Positions 15,843 through 31,889 of a stretch of 64,000 nt of DNA are shown in pieces. A program made the position numbers and the translations under genes. The DNA lies in the NCBI RefSeq assembly GCF_000150275.1, contig NW_002060945.1:6135246-6199245 (forward strand). The letters are read 5' to 3'. The notes under the pieces were generated by a model. That model worked only from the letters and a program-made list of their open reading frames with translations. It was not told where the DNA came from and made no database searches. The DNA comes from Trichoplax adhaerens (lineage: Eukaryota > Animalia > Placozoa). Numbering within the stretch: the first letter of the stretch is position 1; each line of letters begins with the position of its first letter.

Positions 15843-18800
15843 ATGGGAGGTGATGATCCAACTACCAGTTCATTAATTGATTGTCCCACTAAATATTATC
15901 TGACTGACGATCCTCGGCAGGATAAAGAAGTTATACGCGAAGCAATTTGCTATAAGCTAAAAGGCTTCGATCCTCGCTCGTTAATGCCAGATACTGAATT
16001 TCAGGCAAGGTTAATGAAGATCAAAGAAAGATATAATCGTAATAATAATGATAGTGAAGTTACAAATGGAAGTACTTCTTCTTTACGATTAAGCCAGAGA
16101 AACTCCATTTCGTTAACGGATTTATCATCCTATATTACTAAACATCGAGAAAAAAATAATACAGTCAAATCCAAGTGCAAATCTACCAGCAATAGTAGTG
16201 AAAGTGAGAAGGACTCTTCTTCATTATCAGATTATCGACAAGATCATCATGAAAGTTTATTAACTGACCAGAGTAATAAAAATAATGATCAAACAGAAAA
16301 GAAATTTCCAATATTAAATGGAGTTACTATTATCGTCTCAGATGAGCATTGTGAAGATTTTCCACCTGATTTACATAATTTCACTCCAAAGCCGAGTAAA
16401 AATGAATTACATCCAGATTTGGCTGCTCGTCGTAGACGGCGCAGTCTAACCGTAGCCGAAGGTCTATTATCTGTTAATCATAAAAGAAGAAAAAAGAAAA
16501 CAAATGAAGATGTTAAAAAAGATGATAATACATTTTACGAAATTTCTAAACGCCGTTTAAGTAAAATATTAAAAGGTCGACGAGATTCCCTACAAGGTGG
16601 TCAACAGCCACTGTTAAGTTTATCTGGAGCAAATGAACTTGAATCATCCAACGTAGGATCATCACCATGCGACCCTGTAAATACATCTGATGTAAAATGT
16701 GTTCCTCAACAAAGTAGCCATCAATCAACTATAGCTATCAACAACGGAATTGAATCATCAACCCAATGTCAGCCAAGTGCAAATTCCTCCATTGTTGATA
16801 ACGGTGTAGCTGAAATGAATAATGATTCTTTAACTACTTCGATAAGTTCTAGCAATCAAAATTCGGTTGAAAACGATCAAAATTCAAACTATACAACACA
16901 TGATATTATTGCTTCTGGTAATGATCTAGACAAAATGAATAAGCAGGAACCATCGACGATAGGTGCTATGTCAGATTATGGATATGCCGACACTCCTTGT
17001 AACGACTGTAACTGTATGCAGAACCTACCATCATTAGTTATTGAAGAAACATCTGAAGTTAACCAAACTTGTAACTCAATTGATAAGTCGGATAGAGACC
17101 CTACGCCCGATTGTTACTCTACTGTAAGTTTTATCAAAGGGCCTAAAAATATACGCATACCCTACTATTAATAATTAATTGCCATGTAATTATTACTCGT
17201 ATTGTATTACTGACTCCTTGTTATAAATTTGAAAAATTGCGCTGATATCTGGTACAATATAACGGTAGGAATCAATACCAAATCGATTAAACGATAGCGA
17301 TGAATCATGTAATGGTCAACATCATGAAAAGGAAGACTTCGATAAGACAGATAATTTAGTCACAGGTTCTGACTCGGAGTTATCTTCACATGATTATCAT
17401 AGTGATTTATAAAGTTATTGTTTTAACAGATAATGTTTTGTTAGGAGAAATTGCGCAACTTAAATCCCGTTTGGAAAATATTCGAAAAAATTATGAGAAA
17501 GAGAATGATCGTTACTATCACGATATAAATTCATTGCAGAATCAATTAAAACAGCCAAGCTATTTGGAAAGTATTAAATATCAAGAGGAATTACAAGCAT
17601 TCAATAGGAATAGCGATTCGCAGCGGGGAGAGGTAAATTTTATGTACATATTTGCCGTTCTTTATGCTATTTAGGATGACAAATTAGTGATACTCTCATG
17701 AGTTTTTAAATTTTTTTATTTTTGCTCAACGTTTCCAGTGAGTAACATCCTCATAGTAGATATACAGTAGAATCTAGATAACTATTAGTGTGAGGATTTA
17801 CCATGTACATATGTACAGATTCTTAAGAGGTGAGAAAATGATTAATGATATCTGAGTATTACTAAAGAATTGCCAGATTGTAACGTGACACTTAATTTTG
17901 AAGCAATGTTTCATACGTTTTATATTGCTTGTGACTATAATTGAGATACTTTTTATCACTTCTTTAAATTTTTATATTACATTAAATGAATATATAAGTG
18001 TAATGCTATAAATTTAATTACAAATGTTGAAAATATATAAGATCTTAAATTAAGAGTTTATTTAAAATGCTTTTTGGGTAGTGTCAGCTTATTTAGTTGA
18101 TATTGTTTGTATTAGCAATTATATTAAGAATACAGGAATAACGTAATAAATTCCACAATGTCTAGTAAGCAAGGTAATCATTAAAAAAAATCATCATTAG
18201 TATTTACATAACATATAGCAGCCCTTATTGACTTATATGCGTTTTTATATATTCATTTAATGAGTCCTTAGTCATTCTTTATCGTTCTATACAGACTGCT
18301 AATGATGTTGAAGGACTGTCAATTAGTAAGACAAGTCTGGTATGGGTAGATTAAATTTGGATCTTGACTGAGATTTCTTAATGTTGATCTCATAAATATA
18401 CACATGTAATTACACGTATATATATATACGCCTATTATTGGATATGTTTTGGACTACACGTTGTACAGTATAGTTTGTTGCTTATATTTCATTATAATCG
18501 TAAGTCAGTTAGAGCAATTACAAATGGTAAAAGGGTAAAAAACAATAGCGTCCGCTAAACAATTTTAAATTATATTTTGTATCAAATCTTGTCCTGTAAA
18601 TACCATTATAGTAAACAGATCTATTGACTGCAGGTGTCCCACTTATATTGATTTATAGTTACAATGATCGAGAACATCCAATTTGTAGATCAAACAATAC
18701 AGTATATAATAAAACTAATAAAACAAATCTCGAAGAGGAATATCTGATATACATAAAAGACAATGTAGACATTAATCTTTAGATTGCTAGTTGTCAATCA

Positions 18801-21800
18801 TGTTGTTGTCAAGGTAACCCATCCATGATGTTTGCGCAAACGTAATGAAAATTTATTAGCGTCATCCAGTCGATCGAAATTAAAATGCAATTCTGTATGA
18901 AATAGACAGACAACAATAGTGACTTGTTATTGACCTACGATCCGACTGTGCGTTAATTTTATCATACGCTGCTGGTTTGCATTGCTTTAGAGCACAGTAT
19001 GTGCAGTCAGTTCATTCTGTTTATCATTGAGTATATCATATGCATTTTTAATACCATACATTTAATGCTTTATACGAAATCCTCACAACGCTTTACATTG
19101 AGCAAATTTTGATTACGTTGGTGGCATTTCACTGCGGTTGGTATCGATATAATTAATAACACGATTATATATAAATGTAGTTAGCTTATCCTTTACATCG
19201 TGGAATATTGATACTATATTGCATTTTCTTAACTATGTTTGTGATATCTTTAGTAATAGATGGAGGTCTAGTTAACTTTTAAAGGAACTCCTTACAACAG
19301 TTTTCATTTGCATGTGAAGCGCGGTAGTGAAGTTTGTACTATAATGTAGCAATGGATATTATAATTATGCGGATTTTTTTATATTAAACTTGAAGATGAC
19401 TTTCTTTTGGATTTCTAGCGCTCTTTTTCCATGCTTTAACGTTGCATTACAGTCTGCTGTGCAAAAGATATTAGCTAGAGTTGGACTACTTGATTTCATT
19501 GCACCAAATGAATATAGGAATTCGTGATATTATAGAGCTTATAATGACGAAGATACAATGATAGTTAACAGCAAACAGTACAGTACAATAGTATTAATTC
19601 TTTGAAAATATTATATGAAGTACGACAAATTAGATTAATTCCCGATTACTATGATTATTATTTTGATTACAATATCTGATAGCTAGTAGTAACTTATTTA
19701 AACAGTTACTCTTTTTGAAAAGAAATATTAGAATTATCATATCGTGATCGATCATGGCAATGATAGTATCTTTAGTGAAACTAAATAATCACCTATATTT
19801 TTATATCTTATATAGTTTTGCTATGTCTATATGGTATGATACAGTAATTACTATAATTAGATAGTACATTCTATCGCAGTTGGTTGCGTAATCAATCCTC
19901 ACATTAACTTTATGCATACACCTATTTATGTTATACAGTATTATTAGGTGATTTATTGCAGTTACGTTTATTCGTCTGAAGCATTTCAGATGAAATTTAT
20001 ACCACTGTAAATGAAGATCGCTATTTACGTAATTTTTTTTACAGTATCTTATAATTTTCATGAGTCTTGCCGTATCTTTCTTGCTATCACATTTTTTGGA
20101 CGTTGTGTAACATAAGTACGCATTAGATCCGTTGTTAGAAAAGAACGAGATACATTGTGAATAGAATACATTCTGAGTGATATTTCACCAACTTATTAAG
20201 ACAGTTTAAATTAAAGAATGGTACTACGAATATATTCTTATAAAGTTGTTTATTAACAATAAAATAAAAAGTTATTAAGAATATATATATATAGTAGCTA
20301 TCATGCAGTATGCTTGAAGATCTGTTCTCGCATGAGTGGTTGTAAGGTTCTAAATGCTTAAAAAATGCTCTCGTTATTGTTTGTGTACTGTAGTTATATT
20401 GTCCACAGCTGTAAATTTGTAAATTTAATTCCAAGTATTAAAATTGAAAGAAGTTATTATCGGTTGCAGTAATCACATCGTAAATTTTTTCAATAGTATT
20501 AAAGATTAGTATCTATTGTAGCTGTTTCTGTAATGCCTATTTACTATATCTTCGTTGAACTACGTCGATAATACCTGAATGTGTAGTTAAATCTCACTTA
20601 TGATAAAAACTAATTTATTTTGATGATTTTGCTTGATTTCATAGATAAGTCATCTAAAAGAATTGCTTCAAACTGCCCATAAACAGTTAGAGGGCATATG
20701 CTCTTTGCAGTTGGTTAAGAAGCCTATCAATTGTATTAGCCCACCTACCAGTCCAAGGGTACAATTTTTGAGATATTTGTAAGCTTTTCTAATACACATC
20801 TTGTGTGTTAATCATCGTGTGGATATGTGCTGTATTATTATCTATAGGAAAGATTCGCTAAAAGCTATCAAGGTAGGCGACGAGGTATCATCCGAAAGCC
20901 TTCTAAATGTGGAAACCAGTGCTTCACAATTGATGTACCGACAGCAATACAACAAAATCGACCGACACGACTTACTGACTCATTCACTGATAGTATAGGT
21001 TCTCTACCACCACTTACATCAACAAATAAGGTTCTTTTACCGGTAGGCTACAATTTATTCGTTTTAACGTTTAGTAGGAGTTGTCACTGAAATATAGTCT
21101 CAGTCCGTGATTTTGTTCAATCCGGATATTGTTCATTACTGTAGTTATCCTTTTAGTCTTAAGGAATCGCTTTCGGTATTTGTGTATAACGATTTACATT
21201 AGTACGATAATTAAGCAGTAACAAGTAATTTCCTATATACATAGATTCTGTCTAAAGTATCATTGTAATTAATATGCAACATAACAGATAGGAGAAAGAA
21301 TTGAAAAAGAGAAGAATAAGCTTGAGGAACTCAAGAGCAGAATAATTGATGCTGTCAATCGATCGCAACCTATAGGCAATGTTAAAAATAAGGTTAGAGA
21401 GCTAAGTGAATAAATTTAAAACCTATTTATATACTAGCAGTTGCTGTCTTGATTATGTTGATGGCTATCGGCTACTTTGTTATCTTTAAATACAGCTAAT
21501 CATACCTTATCTTTCCACAATGCAGTTAATAGGATATGTAAAATCAGTAGATAAATCAATCATGACGCATGAAGATTTGATTCAGAAATTAAAGCGAGAT
21601 TTAGAGAAATGTCTCAGTGAAGATGATCTTAATTTTTTAGCATCAACTCTCAGTGAGGCGATAATCACTATCCAGGTATTATAAATCAATTATATATTTC
21701 GTATAAGTAAACAATACATGGTTGCACATATAAACTAAGGTATTGCACTATTATAATTTCTACTGTGATGTAGGAATCGAACGATGACAATAAGAAATTA

Positions 21801-24800
21801 AAGGCTGATTTAGAAGATACACAGCAAGATCTTAGTGGTAACGTTGAACTGGTTGCTACTCTCAAAACGTAAGTGTCATTAGTGACAAGACTGAGTTATA
21901 TGAATTTTGACGTAGTAAATTAAAATTTATCGCAGGGTTATTTAATATAGTCTAACTATAATAAATGTTTTGCAGACAATTAAATGAAGCATTAAGTAGT
22001 GGAAGCAACAATTTGGATACGATTCGAAATCTTGAATATGAAAAGGCCGAAGTTAAAACTCAATTAGATGTTAAAATTAAGGAATTGGAAGTTCTTGTAA
22101 AGGAATTAGATGATGCGCAAAAAGAAATCGATGCCTATAAAGGAAAATCTGAACTAGTTAAGGGTAATGAAAAGTTCCACTTATATCTTGCTTTAATATG
22201 GTTAAGGAGATTAGAACGTAAGCTAATAGTTTACAGTTTAAGGGTAATTATAAAGTTTTATTTCTATAATATCTTGCTACATAGATGAGTTAAATGCAAG
22301 TAAAGATATGATTGAAGCTTTACAAACAAAATTGAGTAGCCAAGACGAAAAATTGGAAGCTGAAACAGAATCTATTGGAAAAGAGCTAAAAGAACTGAGA
22401 TCCAAGATAATTGTTGAACAGACGCAAAATAGCGAATTGAAAGCTAAGCTGGATAGATCGCTAGAGAAAACAAGTGAAGACGAAAAAGATATAAGAGAAC
22501 TACAAAGAATTGTAATAGCATTAATTCAGTATAAAAAATATTGTGAAAATTTTGCACAACTTGTTACGTTGGACTAAAATATATCATTATTGATTGTCTT
22601 TTCAGATTGATGAACTTCAAGACAATTTACAAGCAACAACCGATCGCTGTCGTTTCATAACCGGTGAGCGTGATAGGTTAGACGAAGATCTGGGTAGATC
22701 AAACGCTGATATATCTACGCTGAGAGTTGATTTGGAAAGAGAGCAAAATAATTCAGCAATGTTGCAAGGCATAGTTGATTCACTGAAAAGAGATAAGAAC
22801 GGTATAGCTATAATTATATTGGATTACAATTTAAAATATTGTATATTTTGCTTTTAGTCAGCTTATAGCACTACTGATTTACGACTTGGAACAAATTTAT
22901 ATTTCTTATTACAGATGCTGAATCAGAAAAGTCTACTTCTGATGAAGAGTTAAATCTTGTGCAAAAAGCCTTACAACAAGAGAAAGAAATGTCTAAAGAT
23001 TTATCTAAAGAAATAGAGTCACTAAAAATGGAGCTACAGGAAAGAAATCGTGAAGTGAATAATCTTAAGGATAATGAAGCAAGTCTTCAAAGAGATTTGG
23101 GAATTCTTAAGAAATCATTTGAAAATGAGCAGAAGAATGCTGCTGATAATCTTGCTGAGGTATCGGGTTTATTTTATTTATTTTTAATCGTTTTATGAAA
23201 TCGAATTTTTGCCTTAGCCACTAAATTCTTTTTATGTAAATCAGTTGACGATATTGCGGGCTGAATTAGAAACACATGAAGAGCAAGACAAAGTGAATTC
23301 TTGTACCAAGGATCAATTAAACTCAGAAGTTAACGCTCTTCAAAGCGATGTCGATCATTGGAAGAATTTATCTGAAAAGACAGCGAATGAAAAAGGGAAG
23401 TTGCAGATTGAATTAAATAAGGTACAACGGGAGCTATCAGATTTCGAGGAGGAGTGTAAAAAAATGCGAGAAGATATAGTCAAACTCGAAGAGAAAATAA
23501 AATTGGATAAAGAGACGATATCGTCACTTGAAAGCGAGAGTAAATTATTGCAAGCGAAGTTACAGATTAGTGAAAGAGCAGCTGAGAATTCCACAGAACA
23601 AAATATTGACTCGAATAGCGAAGTCAAGCAGTTGTTTGAAGATCAAGTTAAACAATTAACAGAAGAATTGAGAAAATGGAAACGTAATACTACTTTTTTA
23701 AATGAAGTTTACTTTATCGTTGTTATATGAAAATAACAATTGAGTGCTTACCAAGAGTTAACCTTTATGTGTTACTAATTCAGAGAGATATGAAGAATCT
23801 TCAGACGACAACGATAGATTGAAGAGAAAACTAGCATCTGAGAAAGAATTAACAGAAAAAGAGCACCGACAAGCACAAAGGGAGAAAGAGGAGAAAGAAG
23901 AGGTTAATTTTAGCTAAGTAGATGGTTAATAAATAAAATTTATTATGACATAGAGAAGTTTGATTGAAAGTACGGATCCTTTTACGTAAAAAATATTAAA
24001 TACAATTTGTTGTTCGCTAGTTATCGAAAGAATGCGAAATTCTAAATAGACGATTGAAACAAAAGGATGATGATTTAGTTCGGGCACGATCAGATTCATC
24101 TTCTCGATCGGAACGTAATAAAGATTTAGATCGAGAACAAATTGTCAATGTAAGATATCCTCTTGTTTATTTATATATATTGCAGGAACTAATGAATTCT
24201 TGTGATTGATATGTTAAAGGTAAAGTCTGCTGCATCGGAAAAGAGAATTAGATTTTTAGAAGAGGAACATGATGTTCAAATAGCCAAACTGAGATCGAGT
24301 ATCAGGAAACTGGAAAGGGAAATCGATGATCGAACATCGCGGTTACGTGAAATAGAAGAAGAAAATTCTTCTTTGAGGAAACGCCTTAAAATAGCAATGC
24401 GCGACATTGAAGATAGTTTGGCAATTAGTACAATGCTGGAGAAAAGTCTTGATTTTGATAGAAGGTCCTTTACTTCCAGGGAAGCAATGGTGAAAGAGCA
24501 GGTTAGAACAATTTTATTATTAATACATCCAATCAAAGAGGTTTTAAATATTGTTACATTAACAATAATACTGTTAATGATAGTATAGTCCCCGTTTACT
24601 GTATGGCAAATTGTAATTATTTGTTCTGTTTATTATTCAAGTATGTCCAACAACGAGATAACGCTAATTTACTAGCTACTCAGCTAGCTGAAGCACAAAA
24701 TGAAATCGTCTATCTTGAACAGGTATTAATTGATGCTTGAGCTTGAAAGTTAAGCTATAAGTGGAAAAGAAAAACAATAGAGATATATTTTGTGATTTTA

Positions 24801-27800
24801 TTTATGTAATCACTTTAATTCACAACGCAGAAGAATTCTTGGTTAGCTGAGGAGATTGAGAGAGAAAGGACTTCTGCAAATGTCTTGAAAGCGCAAAATA
24901 TAAAAAGTACCAGTGAACAGATAACATCTCTAAGAGAGCTAACGTATAAATTGAGAGCCGAAAATGAGCAACTTCATGATGAAAGAATTACTTCGGCGAA
25001 AAAATTATCGGATTTAAAGAATGAATTGAATAGCATAAGACGCGAAAGTGCAAATACATCTTCGCATAAACAAGAACGTGACCTACTCGAAAATCAACTG
25101 AAAGATGCTAGGTACAAAACTTCAGTCATCTTATAATGGTGTTTTTGAAGGAGTATTGCTGTTATTTTTTGTCTAATGATATTATCTGAATCAATATTAA
25201 GGAAAGAGATCAAGGCCTTAAAAGATCACTTAAATGTAAGGCAAAGGGATCACACTCGGCATGATGAGCTTTTAACTGCTGCTGAAAAATCATTGGATGT
25301 AACATCAGAGTCCCTGCAGGAAGAGATCACGTAATTTTTAAAAGTTTTTGAGATACTGTGAGATATTTGAAGTAGTATTATTGATTGAAATTTATTATTA
25401 TTTGTAAATAGATTCTCTTCTGACCTTCAACATCGCAATTACGATCTAGAAGATGAGTTAAAAGCAGCTAAAGATAAGATTTCAAAATTAAATGAGAAAA
25501 TTAATTCCTTGCAAGCAACAAATTTACAACTAGATGTAATAATAAGATTTATTTGGTGTTATATTTATATTTAATTCCTGAAATTGTTATTGAATTTAAG
25601 AACTCGTTGTAATCAAATTCTAAAAGGGTAAATTTAAGCGACTAGAGCAAAGATATGAAAGTCTTGAAGAAGCTTTGTCTACCGAAAGAGCCTCAGCGCT
25701 CAATGCCGTGAAAGTTATTAAAGCTGACAGTGAACGCCAAATTTCTGAACTATTGTCGCAATCAAATGAATATAAGCAACAGGCGATTGAGGTAATTATT
25801 TAATCGTTCAGACAAGGAAAAGAGTACTGTAATTATGCCATTAAACTGATTATACGTATTATTACAATCATTGCAGCTGCGTAAAAGTTTGAGTACGTTG
25901 GAACATAAGCTTAGAAACGTTACTGAGAGTAGAGACCGATTGAAGGATGAAGTTTCTAACTTGGATAGAACTGTAGAATCCTGTCGCTTGAAAGCAAGAG
26001 AAGAGGTAACATATTTGCGCTTCGAATCATACGGCTATCTAGCTTAAACAAGTAATGATATCTAGTATTTTATTGCGATAAAATGATATTTAAAGAAGGC
26101 TAGTTGAAATCACTAGAAATATAGCCAGAATAATAATTATTAATGGTAGTCATTATTGGAAGAAATATTATACTCCACTAGTTGCTAGCATAGGAGAAGT
26201 CATAGCCTTATATGACTAAATAAGATTCATCTTAAAAGTCTAATTTGTTTGACGATAATTTTCCGTTGCCATTAAAAATTGAAACTTTTATAATTAATAG
26301 TCAGAGGCATGCTTAGCTTCCCAGCAAAAGTCTCAACAGTTATCGTTGACTATCGAAAAATTTCAACAACTGCAAGTAAGAGAGTAAAGAAAGCGTTGAA
26401 AGGCTATATCGTACTGTTTCACTATATTAAATGCTCTACTCTTAATGCATTATAGATAGATCAGAGTAAAGAACTTGCACGGCTTCAGACTTCATTAACT
26501 TATAATGAGTCTCTACTTGAAAAAGAGAAAAATAAAGTCGTTGAATTGGAGCAAGAGCTCAAGGAGGCCAAAGTCACAATCGACCATCATAAGAATCACG
26601 CTGAAAAGTTCGAAGAACAGGCGAAGGGATTAAATGTAAGAAGATATTGAAAATGATTGACTGCTATTGTGGGAATGTTTTAAAATAATGAATTATACTA
26701 TACTGTAAGAAGTAAAGTCAAGCTAGCCATGGTAATCTTGGCTTCTTATCTTAGGCAAGAATTACTGAACTCAAGACGTTAGTTGATATTAAACATTTAC
26801 AAGTTATGGCTCCAAATACGTCTGAATCCCCTTATATGAATCGGTTCGTTGCAGATTCTTTTCATGCTTAATCGTTTAAGCAGATATTCATGTACTAATT
26901 TACATACTTTAAAATTGAATTAAACTTTTATTTAGACTTGATAACTCCGAAGATAATCTTGAAGATAATGTTGTAGAAGATACTAATCAGTCTATTAATA
27001 CGAATCTTGATAAAGCATTTGAAGTTCATAATGAAATTAGCAACCGGTATGTTCAGAATATGATTGTGCAAGACGCTTTCATATAGATTTCGATTAAGCG
27101 TAGTGCATTTACGTAAGAGTTAATTTCATTATATTGGATTTGTACTATAGGGCTAGTGGACTAGAGCGTGATGTAGCTCGACTTAAATTGGCCCTAACTA
27201 GCATGAATAAGAGTGAAGTTCAAAATTATAAAACTAATTTCAGGTAATCAGAACTGGATTAGCGTGAATTTATAAAGTTAATTTGCTAAAATTTTATATT
27301 ACGAATTTTTCACTCAGTAGTTCCACGAAGATTGATAAGTCCGATGGAGATGATTCCATTAATCTTTTAGATCGGAATGATCAGGTATAACTGCGGACTC
27401 TATTTAAGAAGGATAATTTCTTAAATAGTAGATTTCCCATGATTTCGATTGCTTCATAATTGTAATTTTTCGGCTTTTTAGCTTCCATATCCAAATAACA
27501 AAGACAGTAGTCGAATTGGACATTTTAACTTACATAACAATTACAAAAATCTAATTCATGGTGAACATGCCGACAGTGGTATAAATTTCAGTAGTAATAG
27601 GAGGTAAGAGCAACAAGTAGCTGACGAATTATTCCTGTTGGATTAATTGCTTTTGTCGATTTATGACTAAATTCAGGTGTCGCTACTATTATTTAATCTA
27701 GGACTAGTTAGAATAGATTTTATGCTATGTCATAACTTGTCATTATAGTGGAAATGAATTCTTTTCAGATTAACGTCATTTATATTAAATAAACTGTTTT

Positions 27801-28017
27801 TCACAGATTACGCACCAGAAGTGCCCAGGCCTTTGATTTAAGTGGACGTCCAAATGAATTGCTTTATGGATCACATTCTCCAACGCCCCATTATCGATCT
27901 TACTTATCGGAACATCATAGTGATCCGAATCGATTACGGCAGTTGCTCTTTAAAAAGTCCTTACTAGAATCGCATCCTGCTCATAGCATTTTAAATAAAC
28001 CCGCGGTATCTACTTAA
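15843..28017 (+). CDS. Large multi-exon coiled-coil protein of unknown family (low-complexity N-terminal region, long heptad-rich rod)
   Basis: First coding exon 15843-17123, then 17269-17365, 17430-17633, possible cassette 18295-18339, 20645-20758, 20848-21042, and many short E/K/L/Q-rich GT-AG exons from 21288 to about 27600; last exon 27809-28017 ends ...NKPAVST-TAA. Likely 5'UTR exons: donor at 12965 and exon 14111-14251. I do not recognise the family. Confidence 0.8.
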
Positions 28018-29992
28018 ACTAGTTGGTAGCGGAAAATTGTTTTAAATTAAGCTATTTAAAGGTTTCTTACGATCAACTAATTGGCGTTTCTGCTACCAAC
28101 GATGAAGTACAAGTATCGCAAGATTGTTTTGAAATTTGTAATGTTGATCTATATTGGTCAAATTTTTGACTGAAGTTGTTTTTGCGAAATTTTTATAGTG
28201 TAACAACACTTACCGTAATATGATCAGATAAATAGTACGAATTATTACATCGCTGTACTCACCTTTTGCAATTAGATATTTCAAGGACTGCCAATTATAT
28301 TATTGAGTCCTCTATTTTCATCACATACTCCTTTATGTTAGCTTGAAATATTATTTTAATAATATTTTTTATGGAAAAATGATTTCATAAATATTATAAG
28401 AGTTATTTCCACGTATTGTTAGTAGTAGAGTAATGTACTTATCAAATAGAATTATCATGCCTTGTTAAATACTAATGAATAGGTGATGTAATACTGAACA
28501 TCTAATGGTTCATTTTGACTAGTGGTATAATAACCATTTCTAAATGGTTTACTTATACTTTAAAGATATAGCCATACTTATTAAGATTACTTTCATAAAA
28601 TTGCAATACCGAAGTACGTAGGTAGTAAAGGATGTAAGAATAATGGCAATTGCTATGTAATGTTTTGATAATACGGATACAGCCCGATATTAGAGCTTAT
28701 ACTTTATTTTGCGGATGGAATTTCCTTTATTTCTCGCAATCAAATCATTCACTATTGTTTAACTTATATGAAAATTTCGATTAAAATTATATAATCGATT
28801 ACTCTCTACTCGAAAATTTAAAAATATCGCGATTTATCTGAAGATAATCAACTCGTATGTAAATAACGTTTCTGCAAGATGTAATAATTTGTATCAATGT
28901 ACTATAACTCGATGCTTTAGTTATACATTTATTGCATATTTTTTAACAATTTGTAAAAATTATCATATTTAACTTATATGAAATAAATACAACGAAGTTT
29001 GCAGTTAGATGGTTTTATAAGATACATTTCTGTTGCGTGTTGATTAGAATCTTTAAAATGGATGCATTAATGGAGAGTGCATAAATATTCAACGGAATTT
29101 ACGCTCATGTATCGGAGTAGCTATGTTAAGATTTGTTCAAAATTCAGCAGGAATTACGCTCCTACATTTTTCGTTAAGCAGGTTAAGATCTATCCAGCGA
29201 CTAGTGATGCGCACAATGTTTGCAATGCAGTTACAAGCTATTGAAAACTTTCCTTTAGAGCGTATTAAAGATTAAAAAGAATACAGATCATGGCTAGTTT
29301 GTCAAAGTCGATTTTCAAAGAGTTCCTTCCTACTGTAACTGATAGATTTCATGCGATACACACAGATGTACTTCAACATCGATTCGTAGTATTACTTTGG
29401 AGAAATGGTTTTGGTGCTGGGATACAGTGGTCCATTCTATCCTGTTTACTTTTAATTATTATATTACAGTATATGAATGTTCGACACAATGTATATTCAT
29501 TTACTAGTACAAAGCTTACGTATTACTATCACAATTTAGTTAACCACTTATTTTTTTGATATCTTCCTTGGACACTTTAGCCAAAATTGGTAATCAATGG
29601 TTGCTTTTTAAAGCTTTTAACTAAGGTTGGGAATGAAATTGAGATGTTCATTGCTTTAATAGAGTAGTTAGGATCAAAATTGAAACCGATTGGATTGCAA
29701 AGAGCAATATTGTAGGAATGGTTCATTGGCTAAGATCGTTACAGGTACAGTAGCTAACTTAATGCAAGGCACTAAAATTTTGTATAAATTTCTAGTACTT
29801 TATCGCGTAGATGCTTAGAAGGTTGCTTAAAGATCTATAATTTGATGATATCTAAAATTAGAGAATCAGTTTCTAAGCGTAAGTTGTGAAAGAGTCTTTT
29901 TATTATTCTATACAAGAAAAGACGGAATATTGTTACAACATCATAGCCTTAGTTATAGCACATATCTTGCAAATCTATCTCTTCCGCTATTT

Positions 29993-31247
<1,255 letters not shown>

Positions 31248-31254
31248 TTTGGAG

Positions 31255-31500
31255 TCGAGTGGTAAGAGGACCGTCACCAGGGTGAACACTTGATCTTATA
31301 CGCAAGCGCGACGTCCAGTCGGCTACGGAAAGGACGGGACGGCATCGCGTAGCGCGTGTGGTCTTGGCCGAGCACGCGCACTGTGTCTGTGAAGAAGACT
31401 CGACAGGGTACAATGGTCCAGTTATGAGCAATTGTCTTACAACTCCCCCGCACAGTACGGGACGGACAGCCACTCGTACGCACAGGACTGTCATGGAAGG
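31255..31500 (-). promoter_or_regulatory. CpG/GC-rich promoter of RPS15 with TCT-like initiator
   Basis: Abrupt CpG-rich patch in AT-rich DNA; minus-strand TCCTCTTACC at 31270-31261, just upstream of the ATG exon. Confidence 0.55.
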
Positions 31501-31889
31501 GATGGAACTACTGGATACATCGAGTAATACAGTACTGTACAGTAGTCCATTGGTATACTGTACGAGTATTATTCAGTCAGTGTGAAGTCACTTTCATCGC
31601 ACTTTTCAGTCCCTCAGTCAAAATTGGATTTTTAAAATTGTAAAAAAGAAAGTACCAGTGTACTAATAGTCACTGTCATACTGTGCTTGACCTTACGGAA
31701 AAGAATCGCAAGGCAAAGGAGCTGCTAAACACAGCCACACTCCATGACAGCCCCAATATTCTGCATGTTAACAGCACCTGACTAGTGGCATAGAAGCATG
31801 TCACTCAAAATAAGACAATCGACTACGAGTGTGCGCTGTGCAGGCGAACGTGGTCATTTCAAGTGAAGCGTATGTCTGCAAGCGGTACA

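Noticed and set aside
18158-18173. Alternative first exon MSSKQ in the coiled-coil long intron
   Set aside because: Its phase-1 donor is incompatible with the phase-0 downstream exons.
24150-24219. Possible U12-type intron (ATATCCTC)
   Set aside because: The frame is satisfied by an ordinary GT-AG intron starting at 24150.
23355-24536. Antisense ORFs over coding exons (also 1571, 2006, 8051, 9793, 10098, 33517, 33825, 35152, 50107)
   Set aside because: Shadow frames opposite real exons.
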